NCBI GenBank assembly: GCA_000934665.2
Contig: JYFJ02001319.1
Span: 62,001-83,260, forward strand
From: Catajapyx aquilonaris
Lineage: Eukaryota
Reading direction: 5' to 3'
Length of the DNA: 21,260 bases
Part shown: piece by piece, positions 10,200 through 21,260 of the stretch
Numbering within the stretch: the stretch's first letter is position 1
Layout of the letters: every line of letters begins with the position of its first letter
The notes under the pieces: model-generated
Seen by the model: only the letters and a program-made list of their open reading frames with translations
Database searches by the model: none
Told to the model about the DNA's origin: nothing
Translations under genes and position numbers: made by a program

Positions 10200-13100
10200 A
10201 TTTAGTGCAAAATATTTCCGCAGGATATCAATAATTCCTAAACAGAAGGCAACTAATGTTATACCGGATGTTCCTATATATTATTAGATAAAAACTTCTT
10301 CCCGGAAGTGCCCACATTATTTTCAGCCCAGTTTAGGTCCCAGTTCATGCAGAAATCACCGCTATATCATGCGATGTATAGTGGATCCATCAATGCTACA
10401 TGTACGTATATTTGGTCTCGTGTATTTGGATTCATATACTTTTAAAACAGGTGGTATGATGTGTTGTAGAGTAATGCAGAGCCCATTCTAGAGAAGGGAC
10501 TGATTCCAACACTGAAAACTATCAGAATTATTTCCCATCTGAGGAAAATGTGGGAGTATTTTGTTGCCTATACCCTGTCTAAAAAGATGAGAATGCTGAA
10601 CATGGAAAGTTGGACTGCCAAACAGGATTACTTTAGCAGCATACGATGCATTTTTAGAAATATCAATGAAAGAAGGAAACTCTGTCGTGATAGCTGTCAC
10701 AAATACAATGATTTATTAGACCTATGCAGGCTACACGAGCGAAATATAGCCAAAGCAAACATCACAGTTTGAAGCCAAGATTTTCATGATTACAGTATAT
10801 AGTAGCATTTGAACATGAGTGTATTTCAGTAAACATGCGTGCATGTAGACTAACGTGTCCCCCATTATCTCTGATAATTATATACGCATGTTAATGATAA
10901 ACAGTCAACTTTCTCCATGAATTCTCACAGATAATATACTCGGATATCTTTTAGAAATCCTTAGTAAGTTTTCCACAGTTTGTTTTTACTTTGTTAAGCT
11001 CATGTATGTCCATACGATTATCGCCAGTCTTATACAGTATACGCCATAATTTAAAATTTACAGATAAACACCCATCTGAATATGTTTCAAGTAAATATTG
11101 ACATAATAGGCACTGAATTTCAAAGTGCAGCCTTAGATTAACTACCGAATTCAGTGCAGGAAGAATGAATAATTCCATCATGGCACATATGTAAATACGC
11201 AATTTTCCCCATGCATACAATATGCACTTTCTCACGCACAGGTGGTGCACAATAAAATACAGATCTATCCCCTTAAATCTCATACTGCTATATGGTCTAA
11301 CCTTATTTCGCCACATATCTCTCTGCGGATATAGAGACGTCTTGGTGGCCAGCAGCTTGTCACGCAGCAGAACAAAAATTAATTTGCTGTGCCATTTCCC
11401 AGGACTAAAGGGGCCTCAGCAGTCTCCGCCTTGGAAATGAGTCTCTTCCTGTGCTGCTAGAATAAACCAACCGCGCTCTCAACTCTACCTGGCTGCGTGT
11501 TCATTTCCAGCCACAAGGTTGTCCGACTACACATTCAGACTAATTTAATTCATTATGTATAGTTGACCTGATAAGATTAATTTGGCACTCGGACCAGCAC
11601 GAAGTCAACGCAAAATGCAGGTTACGTCCTGTACAAATGTCTAGTCATCTCTGAGGTTTGTAAACTAGCACTGTAAGTATACCCGTCCGATTCGTTTCGA
11701 TAATTTATTACATGCATACAGTATTGTAATGAGAGTCAGTACTATCCGCATATACATTGTGTGACTTTACAATGTTATTCCGGAAACGCACATAGCATTT
11801 ACACGAAACCCCCATCTGTACAAGTAGTGTCCATGAAAAAAGACGCCGGTAATCAAGCTGATTAAGTAGCAGGTAGGTCTCATTAGTGTGCACCGTCAAG
11901 GAGAAAAACACACAAAACACGGAGAAACAGAAAGAAAATTATCACTCTTGCCTGTTTTCCGACTGGCTGCGACGCAGTCACGGAAACGCTAAAGAAGTAA
12001 TAATACCAGAACGAGAATGACAGGCGAGTGACGTCCAGCATCTGGTCATACCCCCTCCCCCCCTTCCCCCTCCGCTTCAAATTGGGCTCTTCTCGTTACC
12101 CCTATAAGCAACCGCAAAATGGTTCCAAATTAAACCGCAAAGTGGGCTTTTATTTGGCTAAACGGCTAAGTGGCGAGACACACGAGGAGGCGGGGAAGGA
12201 TTTGGGTCTTTTGGGGTTGTTGCTGGGTGTGCTGGACTTTTTGGGAGAGAGGGGTGCAAACCCTGGGGCCTAACCATCGGAAGCAGAAGGCCAGCGGTCC
12301 GTAGCCTCCATAATCACATCCCTAGTCACACCATATATCCGTTTCGTTCCATGATGACTTATTCCGGATGTGAGCACACGCGACCTCCGGATTGACAAGT
12401 GTGCTGGAAAAATATAATATAAAAAATGAGGACAACGTCCAGACCGGAATGCGACTCATTTGTGGTGTCCAAACAGAAAATGTGGGAGGCCCTGGAGGAG
12501 AGAAAGCTGGACAATTTCTTGTAGGATGATCCCCCCTCGGGAGACAAAAGGGTCCCAATGGGCTCCTCCTGGTAAAGGCCTATGGGGATCTAATTATAGC
12601 CGCAGACGGCGCCGAGCAGGCAGCAACTCGGCCCAAAGAACCGGGTCCCACTCGTCCCAGTCACAAAAGCTGAGAAAGACCCTTCTCCCTCAGGAGGTCA
12701 TTAGGCTCTTGGCTCCGGGAGGACAAAGGGTATGGGGATGGTGACCACTGCTAATCCGGATCTAATTGGTTCGCCAGGCTTTTGTCCCCGCAGCCCGACA
12801 AACAACAAGGATTAGTAGTCTTGGACATCGGTTGTCTTGTCCCGACTCGTCTGTTCCTGCCTGTGACCCCGTGACCTGGAAGGGGGCTCATGGCCTGGTT
12901 GGCTTCTTCGGGGGGAAATTCTAGCCCAGCGTGAGTGCTGTCTGTGTTGTTGGTGGATACAGACCGATGTCTACAGGGATTAGGGAGGGCTCCCCGCAGC
13001 TACAGGGGAAGTGTCAGGATGGGCCTAAATCTTCTTGTTCCACCAACGGCCCAGACATGTGACTTTGCGACTGGAGCAATGTCTTATGCCGGTTTTATGC

Positions 13101-14387
13101 GACACGTGATCCTGGTCAGGTCTGGGTGTCGTCAGGAGGGACTCGCAGTGTCTGAATGCGGGTGTATTAATAATTATCCGGCTGGTGGAATTATAGCAGC
13201 TGTTTCACAGTGGTTTGGACAAACCTCTCATGAATTCATTGATAATATAGTATCTCTTTATTTAGAAGTGTCCTCCGCGGCATTTATTATGGCATGAGAT
13301 AGTTATCACAAGAGCGCAGTATACCATCTCCCAGTTTACGAGTATATATAGTGGACACAGCCTATAATTACGACATGTACAGTACAGTAGGCCTACATTC
13401 TGCTATGTGCCCAATCAGATTGCAGTTAAAATTTAATATTGCATGGTAAGACCTTCGTTTTTTATCAATGTACAGTTTCGTAGAGGGATGCATGCCTGAC
13501 AGGATATTTTAGGTTATACTGTACGTCTGTACCTTGTGTTTGAAGCCAATTTTCTCGAGAACAGAGGTAATGCAGAGGCAAAATTAATGATACCCCGCCA
13601 TTGGTGGTTGGCTGCTGTTCAGTAATTCACCCTAGACCGAGTCATTATGAAACTTCCTTTCTGTGTATATATAAAGTAAGGTGCAGTCCTATTCACAATT
13701 CATCGACACTTATTACCTTGGAATAGTTCAGTGACCGTCCAGTTTCTCGACGAGGTGGATAGCTTTGAATCAGTTACTGAAATAGCTTCTCAGTCAAATT
13801 CACGTACCATAATTATTGCACAAAAATGTAGGTGATGTAGTTCAATGCAATGGCGATAAAAATATTATGAATGATGCAACATTGTAGCCTCTACTTGGTT
13901 GTACGTTAATACCAACAAAATACAAACTCAGGAATAGCCATACTTCAGTCATTAATATGGACTGTAACAGCAATGACAGCAGGACATAGGTCAAAGAATG
14001 TGACAGTGATCTTGACTTTAGTTTGACCTGACGTTATTGCGTCAGTTGGTGGCATCGTGAATTCCAGCATCTGTTTTAAGATATTCTACTTGTCACATGT
14101 GCACTTATTCTAATGTACTTATGAAATTCGTAACAATATGAAAACGACACTTGATGAGTTGATGTGCCCTTTCTTGCCGATATATGTCGAAGTGTTAAAA
14201 ATGCGCAATCCGGACCTATACATGCATATTAACGGAAATTCTGACCCCTTTGATGCGCTGTATCTTGACCCAGAGATGGCGTCACTAGTTTTCATGTTTT
14301 CTCCGTTGAAACTGCACCATTGTTTTATTTTTAAATAACACAAATTGTGCCGTTACATATAGCCGGGAACAAAGGACTCAAAGGGCG

Positions 14388-14412
14388 GTCCCTACATCGT
14401 CCCTACATCGTC
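14388..14412. repeat. 11-bp tandem duplication
   Basis: GTCCCTACATC GTCCCTACATC GTC. Confidence 0.85.
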
Positions 14413-14647
14413 TTTTTTGGCAATACGCTTTAGCAATCATTGTTCTTGTACATTTGTGGGACAGTCCACCTTATAATTAAATTATATGCATAGGATAAAC
14501 AAATAAATAAACATGTTTATCCTCAGGTAGTGACACAAACAGGATATGCACTAAATGGCAACCAAGGTCCGCAACGCATTTGGAGGGTTAGGTATACAGT
14601 ACCGGTACTCTTTCCGCGTATATATAGAATGTTTGCCTAATTGGCTA

Positions 14648-14997
14648 TTTTTCTCCGTGGGCAGCGTAGAGATTTTTAAAAAAATGACGGGCCGCATCTA
14701 ACAAAAGAAATCTCAACTTATAAAAAAGTTTACAGTTATCTATCCATCGTTTTAAATGAACTTCCATTAATTGCATAAATTATTATCATTAAATTCTCTG
14801 AAAATCGATAAAATCAGCTAAATATATCAATAAAAATTGCCTGCATAAATTTGAAAAAGAAATTGTTCATTTAAAAATAAATGTACCTTATAGATCTAAA
14901 ATTTTGCAATTTTAATTTTTCAGCATTTTCAGGAAAACCGAAATTTTTGCACGGGCCGCACAAATTGCCTTCGCTGGCCGTAGTTTGCCCACCCCTG
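14648..14997. mobile_element. Non-autonomous hAT (Charlie-like) DNA transposon remnant, right TIR intact, left TIR lost
   Basis: Ends GTTTGCCCACCCCTG (reverse complement CAGGGGTGGGCAAAC, a typical Charlie TIR). Followed by GTGTAGAC, which fits the NTNTANAN 8-bp target preference. Subterminal ACGGGCCGCA occurs twice (14687-14696, 14951-14960). Interior is AT-rich and the left boundary is approximate. Confidence 0.65.
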
Positions 14998-16499
14998 GTG
15001 TAGACTGTATAGAGGGTGTTTTGCAATATTATTATGCACATATTGACCCATGTAGGGTTCCAGTCCTAGATCCGGGATCATTAAATTTGGATGTAATATA
15101 CTGTAGATGTGCCATATGGTCAGAGCAACTTTGTGAAAGAGATACTCTTTATATAGGCCTACTCCTACTTTTTTGCGACGAGAGAGTACACACCTTTCTA
15201 TTCTCTCGGGGGCTGCCAGATATATCCGCACCTATACAGGCGTGTGTTTAAATTAAACTGAATGGTAGCTGTTTTATTTCAAGTGCAAAGTGGACCAGAG
15301 TCTCACGATAATTTTTATACCTATATGTTTTCAGCCCATTATCTCGGTAACCACAGGTGGGTAGACTATACAGGATTATTCTGCTACTTGTATATACTTT
15401 ACATATAAAGATAGTGATCCTCGTTGGTCCAGGGGTGCAGGAATGCAATCCCACAAGCTCCAGCATAGTCATATAGTGATATAGATTTGTTGTAATAATA
15501 TTGTTATAATACACCTTGCATTATTCATCAATCCAAAAAACCGTAACTGTATTATACACATTAGAGTGTCTCAATTTATTTATGCCTGATCAGTGCCCCA
15601 TTCTTGTATACTCTTGTAGCAAGAAAATTACTTTTCTGCTCTAAAAATTAACTAAAGCGTGAGGAGTAAAATGCAGAATTATTACGTTCGTTCAGTGTTT
15701 ATGGTATAATTATGTTTGTCACTGTATGAGACTCAACGAGCGCACTAAAAATTTAGCCATATAATTATTTTGAATATTTTAGTAATGTAACATTTAAAAC
15801 TAGAGAGGGTTGTGCACTGACCAAACCAATCCTGCTGGTTCAAAAAGAGGAAGGTATAGAGTCGTAGAGATGTCAAGAATTGTTTACCGCAAGCAAACTA
15901 TAGCAGCCGGATGAATATGGCCATCTTTGTTTCTACCACAGCAACAGGTTTCAACATGTACTGTACGGTAGGTAACTTCTTCCTCTGCACTGGGAACTCC
16001 AGCAATGCAACACACTTTTCGTATAGTGATTTGCGACCATAAGGAGAAAGGAGGGGTAGTAGGCCTAATACTTAATTAACAATAACTATCACCAGTATTA
16101 AATGAGTATGCCCTCTGATTACTTGGCCTTACCCGAACGTTTTCTCTTCAATAGCTGTTACAGTATGCGAATGGGCCATTTTAAATACCTGATCGTAGTT
16201 GTGACATATCAACATAATTAAACGTTGTAATTATTATTGCACTATAAGCTGGATTGAATACTCTAAAAGCTTCTTAGGCCGAGTCACACTATAGCATAGG
16301 TGACAATTCAGCACTTGTTAATAATCCTTGTTACCATGAAATACATCTGGTAAATTCTCATTTGCTTTACCTAAACTTGACTGGTGCAACCCTGCTTCAG
16401 GCGCTATAACATCTAACATCCCAGCTGTTCATCAATTGGCCTATATTAAATTCCATTAATTGGCAGTTATATACATTTGTAATATTATCCGTGAACAAG

Positions 16500-16887
16500 C
16501 GCAAGAGTCCCCAAACCGCACCGCACCGTCTCCAATATTTCAAGTTTCCCTCCTGATTGTGCAGTCAGGTGTCCTTATTTCCCAGCCTGCCTGCCCCTCA
16601 GTCCATCAATCGCCAAAATCAGGCTCATGACCCACAGAGTTGCAGCCAGAAAACCCTATTAAATTACGAGGCATTAAAATAATAAGTATGTGCACCCACA
16701 CGGTTAATGAGAGAGTGTGATAACGGCGGGTGGTTATTTCCAGGCGTGCTCGTGTTGTGGTGTCGGCCATGTTCGAAAACGGTCGACTGTTCTTCTGGCC
16801 GGGCAAGGTTGAGTGAGTGAGCGGCGGCGAGGCAAGCCCAGGGGCAGAGTCCATGGGCCGGACCTAGGGACCATCAGGGGAGCCGGG
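16500..16887 (+). promoter_or_regulatory. Probable promoter and 5' leader of sowah
   Basis: GC and CpG content rise visibly just upstream of the ATG. The TSS cannot be placed from sequence alone. Confidence 0.45.
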
Positions 16888-17062
16888 ATGGCCGCCAGCC
16901 CGACCTCCTCCGTCGCCTCGGGGGGTGCAGGGGGCACCCCTTTTGCCAGTGAGTTCACAGAGGAGGCGGTGGCCGGTTTCATAGCCCAGAGAGGAGGAAG
17001 GGTCACCAACCACGAGCTGGTCAAGCACTTCAAGCCGTTCCTCACCAACCCGGACACAAGAG
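16888..17062 (+). CDS. sowah: First coding exon of a sosondowah (SOWAH-family) ankyrin-repeat protein, N-terminal winged-helix-like region; partial gene
   Basis: ATG in strong context (GGGATGG) gives MAASPTSSVASGGAGGTPFASEFTEEAVAGFIAQRGGRVTNHELVKHFKPFLTNPDTR. The segment EFTEEAVAGFIAQRGGRVTNHELVKHFKPFLTNP matches the SOWAH N-terminus as I recall it (SOWAHB-like [30 protein letters not shown]; insect KVTNHxLVKHFKxFLTxP). Similarity ends at a canonical phase-1 donor AG|GTAAGA (17062/17063). Codons are GC3-rich against an AT-rich background. Confidence 0.88.
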
Positions 17063-17310
17063 GTAAGAGGTCAATATTATTGCCCCTCACGTCCATTCAC
17101 AGGTGACACTGTGCAAGTGTGCGTGCAATGGAAAGCAAGCATTGACAGCTGCGACCCATAAGAACAAGTTGAAGTAACGAGTAATACAAGCACTGTCCAT
17201 TGCTGACAACGAAGCTGCAATGATGTGTCCATTGTAATGGTTTGAGTCTTGCGTATGTCAGGCCGTCTTGATTATATAATAGTTTACAAACCTACTGAAT
17301 AAACTATTGA

Positions 17311-17610
17311 CCAAAGCAGGTTGGCATAGTGGATAAGGTGTCCGACTGCTAATCGGGAGGTTCTGGGATCAAATCCCGGGGCCGGCAACTCTGACCGTGG
17401 TTTTCTGTGGTTTCCCACGGTCCTTCCAGGATAATTCTGGGGTCGTTTCCGTAACAACAGGCCACAGTCGCTTCCTTCCGTCCCTATCCTATCGCAAAGA
17501 GTACAGTAAAAAATGAAAAGCTATGAGTTCCAGGCAAAACAAATTTTCCCCCTAAAAGAGCCTAAAAAGGCTGATAACAGGGTATGAATTATTATAATAT
17601 TATTATTATA
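17311..17610 (+). mobile_element. Full-length tRNA-derived SINE (family A) with 17-bp TSD and (TAT)n-like tail
   Basis: A box TGGCATAGTGG at 17322-17332; anticodon-like stem-loop TCCGA-CTGCTAA-TCGGG; B-box-like GGGATCAAATCCC at 17365-17377. Core GGTTTTCTGTGGTTTCCC...CCAGG...GGCCACAGTCGCTTCCTTCC resembles arthropod SINE cores. TAT-rich tail at about 17588-17610. Exact flanking direct repeat ACTGAATAAACTATTGA at 17294-17310 and 17611-17627. Confidence 0.92.
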
Positions 17611-19427
17611 ACTGAATAAACTATTGAGTTTGGTAATGCATTCTTTGCCAACTGATTCAATTGCAATTCTGGGGCTGGTATGTCTGCCATATCAATGAGC
17701 TATGTTAGTTCGTGGCATGTTGCAAGATTTGTGTCAAGTTATACGACACTGGGCTAGTGTTCCGCTCCAGCTGCAATGATTATTTCAAAGCGGATTTATT
17801 ATTAGTGTTACGTCTCAGGAGTGTTACAAGTATACCTTCAGTTGGAGTGAAAAACTGCCATTAAAGCGCAGTGTTAGGGGCGCGAAGTGATCTCTTTTCC
17901 AAGTAGGTTTTGCTAATTGGACATTTTTCAGAGTTGAAAATGATGAGGAAGGGACGATGCATGATGAGAACATCTGGTACTATATGCAGCATGGAAAAAT
18001 TGGTCAATTGCGCTGTAGACCTTCGTGTGAATTGCCCAGTGGGAGGGGAGGCACAAGTTGTAAGTGCAATGTCACACAATTAACCAGATTATAAGCACGA
18101 AGAGGTGCCTGGTTCATCGGAAATTTGGATGATATGGAAGCCATGTTTGGTTATAACATTTGTGTAACATATAACGGACACCTGCTCACTATGGAAAATT
18201 TTCCAGAGAATGAAAGCCTGAAATTGTAACACATTGTGAAATATTTTCTGTATATAGCACCAGGGAATGAAATCCTTTCTGACTAATGAAACAATTGAGG
18301 AAAATATGTGTTTAACAAAATGTCAATTTGGATAAGGATTGCTTTTTTGGATGAAATTAAATCAAGAAAGGTGTTGTTGTGTGATGATGCTTTGGGCGAA
18401 GTTGTGTGAGGCTGCAGCAGGAAGATTTCTACTTTGGAGATGGCACTGCGGTGGTCCAAGCGAATTGGCGACTAGGAGAGGGAAACTGAAGTCTCGGTTA
18501 TTCACTTGCCATGAGAGTCTACACCCAGAATGAATGCTTTCAGTCACTTGGGGTCGGCAGTACCCAGAACAGTTTCAGAGAACATTACACGACATATGCA
18601 TAATTGGATGCCATGGTGTGGCAACAATGTCTTATCAGTTTGTTTCCACGCAGATTAAGGGCAATGACTTTTTCCCACCCTCCCTCTTGGGAAATTGCAT
18701 GTGCCCATCAAGAAATGAAAAAAATATTCTGCACATGACCAGCCCATGGGGTTCATATGCATATTAAAAAGGTGACATTTGATGCTTGTATTCTGGACAT
18801 TTTTACTTCCTTGGGGAGGCAGAGTGGTGCAAACCAAATGACATTTACACTCACACATGGAAATGTCTCTGGTTTAAACATAAGTCTGGCGGCTTTTCCA
18901 TCTGAAGTTGAGTTCTTCCTGGATTCAAGTAGCATTTCTGAACTGTTTTCACTCCTGTAGGGCTGGTTGTTTCATAGAAAATGAGGGGAAATCACAAAGT
19001 GGAGGGATTTACAATACATAATCAGAGATTTTCTCCATAATACTCCCTAATTCACCTGTTGTGTTCATGTTAGGTTTTTTATTTTTATTTTTATTGCAAT
19101 GTGTGCATTTGTTCTGAGACTGATCTGTAACTATAATAATTGTAAGTAATTTACCTCTCATATGCTCATAGTCTGACATTACTGTTAGCATCACATAGCA
19201 TATGAAAATTACCTAGAACGACAGACATGAAAAGGGGGCCAGGAAGGGAGAAGTCACAGTACACCCTGTATTGCCGTATACTCAAAGGGTGATGTTGCAT
19301 ATTATACTTCTGAGCCTTTAAAACTTGTTTGCAAAATATATTTTTGAAATAACCATTTTATTCTTAGTCTACCTGATGGAACCCAGATGCACTCAAAGCA
19401 GTTTCATGTAACATACTATAGTTAGTT

Positions 19428-19685
19428 AGGGCGACACGGTGGCCGAGTGGTTAGCACCGCAGCCTTCCACCTCTAAGGTCCCGAGTTCGATCCCCGGGTC
19501 GGACGGAGGATACTTATGTGGATAGAGTTTCCATGGGTTCTCTCCGTGTTCGCGTGGGTTTTCTCGGGGTTCTCCCGTTTCCTCCCACTATCAAAATCCA
19601 TCACATTTCAGGCAAATGATTAAAGTCGGTTATTCAAAAGATGATCCCCTAAGAGGCCCAAGGGGCCTATCACGGGGTATCCATT
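19428..19685 (+). mobile_element. Full-length tRNA-derived SINE (family B) with V-SINE-like core and 15-bp TSD
   Basis: A box TGGCCGAGTGG at 19440-19450; B box GTTCGATCC at 19485-19493. Segment 19517-19588 (GAGTTTCCATGGGTTCTCTCCGTGTTCGCGTGGGTTTTCTCGGGGTTCTCCCGTTTCCTCCCAC) resembles the V-domain consensus GAGTTTGCATGTTCTCCCCGTGTCTGCGTGGGTTTCCTCCGGGTGCTCCGGTTTCCTCCCAC. Exact flanking direct repeat ATACTATAGTTAGTT at 19413-19427 and 19686-19700. Confidence 0.93.
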
Positions 19686-21260
19686 ATACTATAGTTAGTT
19701 TGAATATAATTGCTCATCATTTATTGTATTATGATGCAGTCAAGTGACATTATTAGGGGATGATACATTTGCATTAAAAATCTATGTGTATACATGCATA
19801 TGATAATAAGAGTTGCTGGACAGTTGTGACGACTGATAATAATAGATGCATTGACACTGTTTCAAGCTGTTAGAGTACCCTGGCCCTAGCGGAAACTTGT
19901 CTACTACAGGAAAATTTTGTGGTCCTGGCAGAAAGTATTTTCTTTTATTATTGTTGCTTATTGCGGTGCATGTCTACCATGGAAGTGCACCTTAGCATTT
20001 TTAGCAGTAAGTAAAACCCTGTGTGTATGGAATTAATAATGCATTAAAAGCTGTTTTACAAATTCGCCAAACTGGAAGGGGGAGGGTCTTGGCAAATAAA
20101 AATGCAGTAGGGGCCTACAAATCTGTCTTCATAAAATCAAGTGCGGAATTTCGGGCCACCATTTCAGAAACATGTTATTATGCTTTAAGTATTTTTATTT
20201 TCGTTTAGTATTGATTGCTGTAGCAGAAACATGTCTTGCGTAAATATTTTGTAAAAAGAGATACCACTCTGTAGAGGTGTCACTTTATCTGTAATCATGA
20301 TCAATATGCAACAGGTAGGCTAATAATATGAGTGTGTAGTTTTACTTGTTTTATGCATGATAATGACTGGGAAGCCGAAAATGCAACATGCAAGTTACCA
20401 CTTCCTTCCCACATGGCTGAAAAATAAACTGCCCATAAAAACTACAACATGACATAAGTACTTGTTTGTCAGTGGAAAGAATTTTGCTATCTGAAGTACC
20501 TGGAATGTGACGAGATAAGTAGATAAAGTTGCATTGGAATCAGACACTAAAATGTTTCCCGGTATCTGAGAAAACCATTAATATTGTAGTCCCTACTTAC
20601 AAAGGAAGGATAAAGAGTTCAAAGGATGTGGAATAGTGTGTCTTAAAATATAAAGTTCCTACTTCTGTAGTGCCCTGCGGCACATCACCAGTATGTAATA
20701 CCATTAGCTCTTGGTAATACTTGTATGCTGGAAAAAAATGTTCTCCATAGCAGAGAGAAAAGTGGGGCATTGTTTTACATTAATTTGTTGAGGACTTCAT
20801 CATGAACTGTCAATTTGATTGGGAGTGCCCTATCAATAATGGAAAATGTTCTATTTGAGCTCATTCACAACTGACAAAGAGAAATGAATGGAATTAATGC
20901 AAATGGATGTGAATGTAGCCCAAATGATGGTGAATGGAACTGGAATAGAATGTGTACGAGAATTCACTGAACTGAAAAATTTAATTCATTAAATATTAAA
21001 TACCGTTTTCATGAAATGAAATATGCCTGTCACTGCCCTGAATTGATAGTGTAATACTTCAACTTGCCAGGCTTGCTTTATTCAGAATGGAATTCATGCA
21101 TATTTGATAACTATAGTGAAATGAGGTAAATATGTGTAGTGTATACTGTAAGTTGGCTGTAGGAATGATGAATCTGATGAAAGGGAGTGAATGGAAGTAC
21201 TTGCCCTGATCTGAAAATATTGGGACACCCCCAAAAAATGGAGTGGTGGGGTTATACACA

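Larger units (their letters stand above)
17063..21260 (+). other. Intron 1 of sowah (continues beyond the window)
   Basis: Begins GTAAGA and is AT-rich with SINE insertions. I could not find a downstream exon encoding the expected R..FK.(Y/F)VN continuation of the domain. Confidence 0.65.

Noticed and set aside
11358..11533. Solo LTR (TGTCACG start, AATAAA at 11461, CTACACA end)
   Set aside because: The ends are not inverted matches, and there is no TSD, primer-binding site or second LTR.
16606..17096. Minus-strand ORFs 16606-16854 and 16734-17096, and the extended plus ORF 16813-17106
   Set aside because: These are antisense shadows of a GC-rich exon. The plus ORF uses a GTG start and reads through the splice donor.
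17311..17390. tRNA gene (also 19428-19505)
   Set aside because: Both tRNA-like heads run into SINE cores and tails bounded by TSDs, and their acceptor stems are incomplete.
17861..21259. Short ORFs within the sowah intron and most other 60-120 aa ORFs in the track
   Set aside because: No recognisable domains or codon bias, many non-ATG starts, and lengths consistent with chance.

Overview
This is mostly non-coding, AT-rich eukaryotic DNA from an invertebrate animal, probably an arthropod (inferred from the sowah peptide and one SINE core). The only protein-coding sequence I recognise is the first coding exon of a sosondowah (SOWAH) ankyrin-repeat gene (16888-17062, +). Its long first intron runs off the window end. 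That intron holds two full-length tRNA-derived SINEs of different families, each with a perfect target-site duplication (17 bp and 15 bp), and their 3' tails share a stem-loop. Upstream lie two hAT/Charlie-type transposon ends, a degenerate TGGGTACGAAAC array, a GC-box/CCAAT cluster, a few candidate orphan exons, and GC-rich homopolymer-rich blocks of unclear origin. Almost all ORF-track entries look spurious. I found no convincing new biological system; the best lead is the shared SINE tail. Family assignments come from recalled sequences, not database searches.
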